Shown here in pieces: positions 28,943 to 36,159 of a stretch of 62,685 bases of DNA. Within the stretch, counting starts at the first letter, position 1, and each line of letters opens with the position of its first letter. Source of the stretch: a bacterium (lineage in GTDB: Bacteria; Patescibacteriota; Microgenomatia; JAADGY01); the NCBI GenBank assembly GCA_027028625.1, contig JALVIH010000036.1, positions 1-62,685 of the forward strand, given 5' to 3'. A program made the translations under genes and the position numbers. Under the pieces are notes generated by a model. That model had not been told where the DNA came from, ran no database searches, and saw only the letters and a program-made list of their open reading frames with translations.

Positions 28943-30640
28943 ATTTTAGCCAAAAATGAAAATTTAACTCTGGCCGACTGGCAGGAGTTGGAAAGAAAAA
29001 TAAAACCGTTCACTCGGTCCTTTTCCCTTTTTATCGACATTAAGGATTACAAATTCCATTTCTACCTTTTAACTCCAAAAGATATCTCTTCCTCTCTAGC
29101 TGATCAGTCTCACCTTTTCTTTAAAAAGATTACCGCCCTTCCTCTGCCCCATCATCGACTTCCTCATATTTTCCGCTTGCCTAAGAAAAATCTTTTTGAT
29201 CTTATTACCTATTACCAGTTAAGGAAAAAGGAACAACTAAACCAACTTCTTATCACTTACCATAACTTTCCCTGGCCGTTCTATTTAACTACCTTCTTCC
29301 TAGGCAATTCTTCCAGCACCTTTTTTACCTTTTCTCCTCCCTACCATCTTCTTCAACTCAACTTCAAAAACCACCACACTTTCAAACTCAAGAAGTTGCC
29401 AGACTTTCTCAATCCAGACAAAATACAAACTCTTCTTACCTTCGACTCGAAACTAGCCTTAGCCAAAGTAGACCTCTTCCCATATTTAACTAAACCCGCT
29501 TTCTTCCCTGTTTCTAGTCTTGATTTAGCCAAACACTCCCTCATTGTTGGCCAAACAGGTACTGGTAAATCAAAACTTATCCAACTGATAATCAGCCAAC
29601 TTCTGAATTTTCAGTCTCAGCCTTTTCATATAATTCTTATTGATCCCCACCTAAGGTTAGCTCAACAGCTCCATCTCAACTTTCCTCAGAGAAGCCAGCT
29701 GATTGATTTTATCCACCAAACTGTACCCCTTCTCTCTAGTCTCCATCAACCTCAAACCGCTACGGAACTAACTATTCTTCTTTTTAAAACTTTACTAGCC
29801 AACCAGTTTAATTCTTACCTCCAACGTCTTCTCCGCTACACTCTCTTTACTCTTTACACCACTCAGTCGGCCTCCCTAACCAACCTTTACAAATTTTTAA
29901 CAGATGAGGAATATAAAAACCAGTTAACCAACAAGCTTCCTCAAGATTATCAACATCTAAAACACTTCTTCGACACCGATTTTATTAAGTATCAAACCGC
30001 CTACTATGACATTACTTTTATGCCCCTTATCTCTCTTCTAGAGGAGCTTAATTTTCTCCCCTCCTTCACCTCCTCCAAATCCAAATTATTACCCCTTGAC
30101 AAGACAATCAACACCTACCCTCTGACCCTCTTTGCTCTCGACCAACTGTATCTGGGAAATGCTAACTCCAAACTTATTTCCGGCCTCATTGTTCAACAAA
30201 TCTTCCTCCTGGCTCAGAAAGGAGGACTAACTCACCCAACTCTCCTAATTATTGATGAAGCCCCCTTAGTCGAAAACGAGGCTTTAGCCACCATTCTTTC
30301 CCAGTCACGAAAGTTTAAGCTCTCTATGATTCTCTCCTACCAGTACCTTAGCCAGACTAAACCTAACATCCTTGAATCTATAAAGACAAATGTCTACAAC
30401 TATTTTATCTTCAAAACTTCTGATAACGATGCCAAACTCTTAACTAATCTTATCGAGTTAGACCTAAAAAACAAAACCACTAACCCTATTCATCAAGATC
30501 GCTTTCGAACTCAGATTATCACCTCTCTCAACCCCCGCCAACTGCTTATTCGCCCTTTTTTCGAAAACAAATTTTATCCAGCTTTCAAAGCCGAAACTAT
30601 TGACATTAAAAACTTATTTCCATCAAAAGATGCTAGCTAA
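28925..30640 (+). CDS. FtsK/HerA/TraG-superfamily P-loop NTPase (571 aa) with an unknown 200-aa N-domain
   Basis: Walker A VGQTGTGKS (29549-), Walker B LLIIDEA (30242-30262), then SQSRKFKLSMILSYQYLSQ (the Arg/Gln-rich motif of this superfamily). Amino-acid composition is highly unusual. Confidence 0.75.
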   Translation: MTAIYQILAKNENLTLADWQELERKIKPFTRSFSLFIDIKDYKFHFYLLTPKDISSSLADQSHLFFKKITALPLPHHRLPHIFRLPKKNLFDLITYYQLRKKEQLNQLLITYHNFPWPFYLTTFFLGNSSSTFFTFSPPYHLLQLNFKNHHTFKLKKLPDFLNPDKIQTLLTFDSKLALAKVDLFPYLTKPAFFPVSSLDLAKHSLIVGQTGTGKSKLIQLIISQLLNFQSQPFHIILIDPHLRLAQQLHLNFPQRSQLIDFIHQTVPLLSSLHQPQTATELTILLFKTLLANQFNSYLQRLLRYTLFTLYTTQSASLTNLYKFLTDEEYKNQLTNKLPQDYQHLKHFFDTDFIKYQTAYYDITFMPLISLLEELNFLPSFTSSKSKLLPLDKTINTYPLTLFALDQLYLGNANSKLISGLIVQQIFLLAQKGGLTHPTLLIIDEAPLVENEALATILSQSRKFKLSMILSYQYLSQTKPNILESIKTNVYNYFIFKTSDNDAKLLTNLIELDLKNKTTNPIHQDRFRTQIITSLNPRQLLIRPFFENKFYPAFKAETIDIKNLFPSKDAS

Positions 30641-31370
30641 AGAAGCCTTCCAATTAGTAGATCATGTTTGGAGTTCAATCTTTAACCAGCCAATGCCTTT
30701 TAAACACCTCGAGGAGGTCAAAACAATCCTAGCTGCTTCTATCCCTTTACCTACCCAGGTGAAAACTATCCGCAAGACCACTGCTTATCTTACCCCTACC
30801 TACTTTCCCATACCCAACACCTACTTGGATTATCAAGACCTCAAACCAGCTTCTGTCAAATCCCAACCATCCCCACTTCCTTCACCAGACCAATTTATCA
30901 AGGCTTGGCAGGAAAAAAAGATCTGGGTGGTTAATAAAAACATCAGCTCAGCCAAGATCAGCCAGTCCGATAATGTTTACCAAAGCCAAAATGTTTACAA
31001 CTCTTGTTATGTTTTTAATTCTAAAGACATCATCTTCAGCCGCCAGTTGGGTTCTTGCCAGCGGCTTATTGCCAGTTACAACAATGACTCTTGTACCTCC
31101 AGTATTCGCTTAAGTGACAGTCTCAACTCCTCTTACTGTTTTGAAGTTTCTTGGTCCAATAAAGTTTCCCATTCGATGTTTATCCACAATGGTTACAATC
31201 TTTATGAATGCCTTTTCTGCCAGAATCTCTATTCTAAAAAATACTGCATCGCCAACATCCAGTTTTCCCCTACTGATTACTTCACCCTTAAAGAACAAAT
31301 TATTGCCTACCTAGCTAAAGATAACTGGTCCAACCTTATTCCTTTAATCTCCCCTGCTCGCCGCCGCTAG
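30630..31370 (+). CDS. Cys/Ser/Asn-rich repeat protein (about 246 aa), unknown function
   Basis: The ATG at 30630 overlaps the ATPase stop by 11 nt. The C-terminal half has repeated S/N-x-Y/C patterns with 9 Cys (…NSCYVFNS…GSCQRL…DSCTSS…SSYCFEV…YECLFCQNLYSKKYC…). Confidence 0.55.
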   Translation: MLAKEAFQLVDHVWSSIFNQPMPFKHLEEVKTILAASIPLPTQVKTIRKTTAYLTPTYFPIPNTYLDYQDLKPASVKSQPSPLPSPDQFIKAWQEKKIWVVNKNISSAKISQSDNVYQSQNVYNSCYVFNSKDIIFSRQLGSCQRLIASYNNDSCTSSIRLSDSLNSSYCFEVSWSNKVSHSMFIHNGYNLYECLFCQNLYSKKYCIANIQFSPTDYFTLKEQIIAYLAKDNWSNLIPLISPARRR

Positions 31371-31857
31371 ATAGTTTCCCTAAGAAACGAGCTAAGATAC
31401 CTTTTTTGGGGCTCTCTGGCAAGTGGACAGCTTGTCTTTTCTTAGCCTCCTCTTCCTTCTTTTTTCTTTCTTTCTCTTGCTCTTCAGCCAAACGTTTTCT
31501 CTCTTCTTCTTGAGCTTTCCGCTTTCTATAAGCCTTAATTTCTTCCTGGATTCTGTTGTAGCGGGCAATAATCTGTTTCAAGCGGGCTTCCAACTCAGCC
31601 TTCTTTCTTCTTTGTTCCTCTTGTCTCTTCCTTTCTTCGGGTGATAAAACCTTTTGAGATGTACTACTTCTACTTTTCCCCTGCCCTACTCCTTCCTGAC
31701 CACCTCCACCTTGACTATTACTTTTTTCCATTAACTCACTCAAGAGTTTATTCAAATCAGCTGGCGGTTGGTTTTGGCCACCAGAAGAATCGCTCTTCCC
31801 CTCTTCAATCGCTGTCGGCGGCTTCAAACCACCGCCCCCCATCGTCCCATTAGTCAT
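31336..31857 (-). CDS. low-complexity protein: Gly/Ser/Gln-rich N-terminal half plus Lys/Glu/Arg coiled-coil
   Basis: 173-codon ORF directly downstream of the 429-aa gene. Composition is biased, so the coding status is less certain. Confidence 0.45.
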   Translation of the reverse strand: MTNGTMGGGGLKPPTAIEEGKSDSSGGQNQPPADLNKLLSELMEKSNSQGGGGQEGVGQGKSRSSTSQKVLSPEERKRQEEQRRKKAELEARLKQIIARYNRIQEEIKAYRKRKAQEEERKRLAEEQEKERKKKEEEAKKRQAVHLPESPKKGILARFLGKLSSGGEQGRLKE

Positions 31858-31863
31858 AGTTCA

Positions 31864-33153
31864 TTATATCTGTTTCCAACGTAAGGGCAAACACCTAGTT
31901 TTAAAATTAACCAATACTTCGTCATTTGGCTTAAAAGTATAATATCCGCTTAATCCACCTGCTGTTTTTTCCTGTCCCCACTGAGCCAGGGAAAAATTAT
32001 CTGTATAGCTATCTATATGAGTTCTGCCCCAATCCTCTCTCCCCGCCCGTTTAGCTATCTCTTCCCATTCTTCCTTTTCTTTTTCTGGAACTACTAATCG
32101 CAAATGGCGTAATGGTATTTCGCAACCACGTGGGTTTTCTTCTCTGTAGCTATCCGCAAAAATATGGATCTCGGGTGTAGAATTATGACCTGTAGTATTA
32201 GGAAAATAAACAAATTTATAATCTTCTGCTAATTGAGGAATCGTAGTTGTAAAAAATATAATAGGAATACTCTCTCTAGCAAATTTACCATAAGGCATAA
32301 CACTACCAAATGAAAAAGAAATATGTGGTAAAACCCTCCCCTCATATTTATCTTTAATAGGCGCAGTTTGAATTACTTTTCCACCCATTTCTCTCTGTCG
32401 GAGAGCGGATTTTAAAGAACCTTCTTCAATAACCCGTCTAACTATTTCTTCATCTCCAGGAACATGGATCAAAGGCGTTTCCTGAAACCTTTTACACCAC
32501 TCAAAAAAATTTCTTCTATATCCTTCCCATGCCCAATCTTCATTGTTAATTCTTTTAAGAAACCTAATAATCAACTGATCATCGTCATCACCTAATACTT
32601 TATATAACCTTTGTATCTCTTGAGATAATTTATTCAATTCCTTTATTTGCTGTTCTGAAGGAACAATAATTGGAGGATGTCGATAAATTCCTTCCCCATG
32701 CACATCTAAATTAAAAAAGCGATTTTGAAGATCAGTCACTTTATGCGACGGCCAATAACTCCATTCTTCATCTGAAAGGAATTTTCTCAACCGTTTCCAA
32801 AAAATAAAATTAAGACGACTTTGTAATTGTTTTAATACTTCTTCCTTTCTTCCCCTAGTAAGAAATAACTTTTCTTTCCAACTCCTTGGATGAATTTCCC
32901 TTTTTAACAAAATTCCAACAGCTCTTTTTAGAATGGCGTCAGAAAAGCCATTTCCCCATAACTTCTCTGCAATATTTTCCACTTCTTTTTTACCTACCTG
33001 GGTATTATAATCAGGAGACAAAAATGGTTCAAAAATAGCTCTAATCCTCTGTACAAAAAGCTCCGCCGGCATACTAAGCGGCTCCGATCCAATTAAAAGT
33101 TCTATCTTTTCCTCCCCTTTTACTTCCTCTGGGTATTCACTCCTTTTTATCAT
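31864..33153 (-). CDS. hypothetical protein (429 aa)
   Basis: Long uninterrupted ORF with balanced composition. No recognisable motif. Confidence 0.65.
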   Translation of the reverse strand: MIKRSEYPEEVKGEEKIELLIGSEPLSMPAELFVQRIRAIFEPFLSPDYNTQVGKKEVENIAEKLWGNGFSDAILKRAVGILLKREIHPRSWKEKLFLTRGRKEEVLKQLQSRLNFIFWKRLRKFLSDEEWSYWPSHKVTDLQNRFFNLDVHGEGIYRHPPIIVPSEQQIKELNKLSQEIQRLYKVLGDDDDQLIIRFLKRINNEDWAWEGYRRNFFEWCKRFQETPLIHVPGDEEIVRRVIEEGSLKSALRQREMGGKVIQTAPIKDKYEGRVLPHISFSFGSVMPYGKFARESIPIIFFTTTIPQLAEDYKFVYFPNTTGHNSTPEIHIFADSYREENPRGCEIPLRHLRLVVPEKEKEEWEEIAKRAGREDWGRTHIDSYTDNFSLAQWGQEKTAGGLSGYYTFKPNDEVLVNFKTRCLPLRWKQI

Positions 33154-33719
33154 TACCTTAAATTTTACACCGATAATATCTTTTCCTCCATTTCATCCTG
33201 AGTTATCGGGATGTAGCCAAAGGCGCGGGGGATTGGAACTTGGAGCTTGGAATTCAGAACCTAGTCGAAAAGAAGAAGACTTAGCCAGTCTAGAGTAAGT
33301 AAGAGCTTAGAAAAAACTTGGATACCAGTACCTTTGCGCTCGCTTCCGCTCGCTAGATCCCGACAAGTCGGGATGACATGGAGAAATAGGTATGCCTTCT
33401 CCTCGAGTCATCCTGAACGAGCCGTCAGGCGAAGTGAAGGATCTAGCCGAAGGCGCACGAGAGTAAACCAAAGCCTGAGTGCTAATCCTTGCGCTCGCTA
33501 TTGCTCGCTAGATCCTTCGTCGCTCTGGCTCCTCAGGATGACTTCCTAAAAAAGGTTTTTATTTGGTTGTTGGAATTTATGTTTTAGTGCTTTCTTGCCA
33601 AGTTCTAAGTTCTAAGTTCCAAGCTTTAAGATCATCACACTCTCGAAGAGTGATAAATCACACTTCGGGAGAGTGATTTATTCAAGTTCCAAGTTCCGAT
33701 TACCTAGTTCCTAGTTCCT
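33154..33719. repeat. mosaic palindromic intergenic cassette C
   Basis: Heptamers at 33231-33262, a variant core at 33288-33377, an arm-core-arm hairpin at 33407-33542, heptamers at 33598-33630, a 46-bp palindrome at 33631-33682, and heptamers at 33684-33719. Confidence 0.9.
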
Positions 33720-34373
33720 TCAATACCCTTCGCTGTGAATGTCTATGGAATTAAGGCCGGCCTGGCGGACGAGTTGGCCAATCTGGCGGACAAAGGACAA
33801 AGAACCAACGATATAATAAACCGTCTCATCTGTTAGCCAGGAAGAGAGATAATCCTCAATATGACCATTCTTAATCCCAGCTACTTTCTGCCGAGACAAA
33901 ACCGGCTGGTAATCAGCATACTTCCGAAATAAATTAGCCCAAACCAGATATTCCTGGTAACGTTCCTGATGAACTACTCGTTGTTTTCTCCTCTTTTTAA
34001 ACTCTAGGACTAAACTCCTCACCCCAGCCACGCCGCATCCTGCCACCAAATAAGTAATCCTAGGCAGATCTTGAAAATGACCGCTATGGTGGACTCCCAT
34101 TGGCCCAGAAATCTCCACCTCACTCCCTATCTCTTTATTAAAAAGATGATTGGACATCTTCCCTCCAGGCACCCGGCGGATATAAAACATTAAGAAGTCT
34201 TCACTTGGATGGGAAGATAAAGTATAAGCCCGGCGAACAAACTGACCATTAATAGTGTCGCCTATCATCACAAACTGGCCAGGATGATAAGTAAAACCTG
34301 CCGGCCGATTGGTAGTCAAGATATACTTCTCCTCCCCTACCGGCCGGCGGTCTTGAATAATTACTTTACTCAT
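33720..34373 (-). CDS. ferredoxin-NADP reductase-type FAD/NAD(P)-binding oxidoreductase (217 aa)
   Basis: RRAYTLSS (RxYS FAD motif), GGKMSNHL, ISGPMG, LVAGCGVAGV, and a terminal aromatic residue (…HSEGY). Confidence 0.8.
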   Translation of the reverse strand: MSKVIIQDRRPVGEEKYILTTNRPAGFTYHPGQFVMIGDTINGQFVRRAYTLSSHPSEDFLMFYIRRVPGGKMSNHLFNKEIGSEVEISGPMGVHHSGHFQDLPRITYLVAGCGVAGVRSLVLEFKKRRKQRVVHQERYQEYLVWANLFRKYADYQPVLSRQKVAGIKNGHIEDYLSSWLTDETVYYIVGSLSFVRQIGQLVRQAGLNSIDIHSEGY

Positions 34374-35045
34374 CTACTTTTTCTTAGGAGTTAGTTTCTT
34401 ATGGCAAAACCACCAATCAAAGCAGTCGTACTTTTTACTCCTCTCCCCTGCTGTCTTAACATCCTCAGCTGGCGGAACAATACCTTCATCTTTAATCAAT
34501 TCGTTATTCGGCCAGTTGGCTGGTAAAGCCACTTTCTGAGCATCGCTTGTCTGCAAAGCTTTGACAGCCCGAAGAATCTCATCTACATTTCTCCCAATCT
34601 CTTGGGGGTAAAAGAGAATAAGGCGTATTACTCCCTTCGGATCGATGATGAAAACTGCCCGAACTGTATTAGTCCCTTTGGCTGGATGAAGCATTCCCAA
34701 ACTGTCAGCTACCCACCCCATATCATCAGCAATTATGGGAAAAGGAATCGTAACTCCTAACTTCTCTTCAATCCACTCTACCCACTTAATATGGGAAAAA
34801 ACTTGGTCAATTGACAAACCCAAGAGTTCGGTATTTAATTTTTTAAACTGGGAATAACGCTTGGCGAAGGCAACAAACTCAGTAGTGCAAACCGGAGTAA
34901 AGTCAGCTGGATGGGAGAATAACACCAACCATTTGCCTTTGTAATCATCAGGTAAGACCTTTTTGCCATGAGTGGTTTTCACCTCCATAAAAGGAAATTG
35001 GTCACCAATTAAAGGAAATTCATTTATTACTATCTCATCCTCCAT
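34374..35045 (-). CDS. peroxiredoxin (Prx6/archaeal-type)
   Basis: Peroxidatic site [12 protein letters not shown] and a C-terminal CFDWWFC pair of Cys. GGGAGG Shine-Dalgarno upstream. Confidence 0.92.
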   Translation of the reverse strand: MEDEIVINEFPLIGDQFPFMEVKTTHGKKVLPDDYKGKWLVLFSHPADFTPVCTTEFVAFAKRYSQFKKLNTELLGLSIDQVFSHIKWVEWIEEKLGVTIPFPIIADDMGWVADSLGMLHPAKGTNTVRAVFIIDPKGVIRLILFYPQEIGRNVDEILRAVKALQTSDAQKVALPANWPNNELIKDEGIVPPAEDVKTAGERSKKYDCFDWWFCHKKLTPKKK

Positions 35046-35481
35046 CTCTGCCTCCCTATCAATTTTATTAATTTATTAACTACCATTAGTTTAACACAAA
35101 ACGGAACTTGGTTATCAGAACTTAGAACTCGAATAAATCACTCTCCCGAAGTGTGATTTATCACACTTCGGGAGCGTGATGAACTTGGAGCTTGGAACTT
35201 AGAACTCAGTAAAAATAACCAATTATCAATGATCAATTTTCAGACAAACTCCAAGCACCAATGATCCAACTTCTAAACCTTGTCTATCAAGTCATTCTGA
35301 GTGTTAACGAAGAATCTAGCGAGCAGCGCGAGCGCAAGGATTAGCACCCAAGTTTGAGAGCACTCTCATGCGCCTTCGGCTAGATTCCGACAAGTCGGGA
35401 TGACCCGAGAGGAGGTTGTACTTTATAACTTTATGAACTTTATGAACTTTCTAACTTCATAAACTAAGTTCTAATCTCGTG
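35046..35481. repeat. mosaic palindromic intergenic cassette D
   Basis: Heptamers at 35101-35130, a 46-bp palindrome at 35131-35181, heptamers at 35181-35208, an arm-core-arm unit at 35290-35403, and a ctttatgaa-type repeat at 35420-35474. Confidence 0.9.
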
Positions 35482-35552
35482 TTGCCGGGCAGGGATTCGA
35501 ACCCCGAATGACTGGTCCAGAGCCAGCCGTGATACCATTTCACCACCCGGCA
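35482..35552 (-). tRNA. tRNA-Gln (anticodon CTG)
   Basis: Minus-strand cloverleaf: acceptor TGCCGGG/CCCGGCA (U1:A72, typical of bacterial tRNA-Gln), anticodon stem GCTGG/CCAGT with loop CTCTGGA, and T-loop TTCGAAT. Confidence 0.85.
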
Positions 35553-35575
35553 GGATATTCTATTATACTTAAAAG

Positions 35576-35650
35576 CGTCCCTGGCAGGATTTGAACCTGC
35601 GACCTCACCGTCCGGAGCGGTGCGCTCTATCCAAACTGAGCTACAGGGAC
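35576..35650 (-). tRNA. tRNA-Arg (anticodon CCG)
   Basis: Minus-strand cloverleaf: acceptor GTCCCTG/CAGGGAC, D-arm GCTC...GAGC, anticodon stem CACCG/CGGTG with loop CTCCGGA, and T-arm GCAGG TTCAAAT CCTGC. Confidence 0.9.
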
Positions 35651-36159
35651 ATCCGAACTCATTTATTTTACTACACCCCAGGAATAAATCCTAAACCTGC
35701 CTGTCGGCAGACGGGTCCGAAATCCTAAGCTCCAAACCCCCCTTCGGTAGGGGCAGGCAAATCCTAAATTCTAAACTCTTCCGCCACGGCGGATCCGCCT
35801 TAGGCGGAAAATCCTAATGATCAAAATATAAGACTTCTTAAGAGATGTCATCCTGAGGAGCCAGAGCGACGAAGGCCCCCCTTTGGTAGGGGTAAAATCT
35901 AGCGAAGCGCAAAGTCGCTGGCATCCAAGCTTAAGTAGACACTCATGCGCCTATCGGCTAGATCCTTCACTTCGCCTCTCGGCTCGTTCAGGATGACTCC
36001 CTAAACAGAGTTTTGATTATTGGGATTTGGAATTTGTTTGGATACTTGGAATTTGCTATTTGGCGCTTTCCTACCAAGTTCCAAGCTCCAAGTTCATCAC
36101 TCTCCCGAAGAGTGATAAATCACACTTCGGGAGAGTGATTTATTCCAAGTTCTAAGTTC
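35651..36159. repeat. mosaic palindromic intergenic cassette E
   Basis: A degenerate GC palindrome at 35694-35717, C(UUCG)G stems, an arm-core-arm hairpin at 35847-35997, heptamers at 36074-36095, a 46-bp palindrome at 36095-36144, and heptamers at 36144-36166. Confidence 0.9.

Noticed and set aside
25576-33153. Calling the tRNA-Pro-adjacent island a prophage or an integrative conjugative element.
   Set aside because: I found no integrase, terminase, capsid, relaxase or T4SS genes, and no duplicate of the tRNA 3' end at the far border. Only the generic term 'accessory island' is supportable.
33334-33549. A 71-aa ORF here, and the 86-aa ORF at 51993-52253 on the minus strand, both lying inside repeat cassettes.
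   Set aside because: They are translations of the arm-core-arm repeat units (peptides such as ...HPERAVRRSEGSSR...). Their frames are not conserved between copies, which occur in both orientations, and they have no start context. I treat them as spurious.
35131-35181. Resemblance of the AATCACT/TATCACA heptads in the 46-bp palindrome to the WATCACW heptads bound by the omega repressor of inc18 plasmids.
   Set aside because: The resemblance rests on a short-motif match only. No omega/ParB-like gene is in the window, and the motif here is explained by the palindrome arms.
35847-35875. A hammerhead-ribozyme-like CUGAGGA box in the GTCATCCTGAGGAGCC... arms.
   Set aside because: The heptamer matches CUGANGA, but I could not place a convincing stem II, a GAAA box or a cleavage-site helix. 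It is most simply part of a long inverted repeat.
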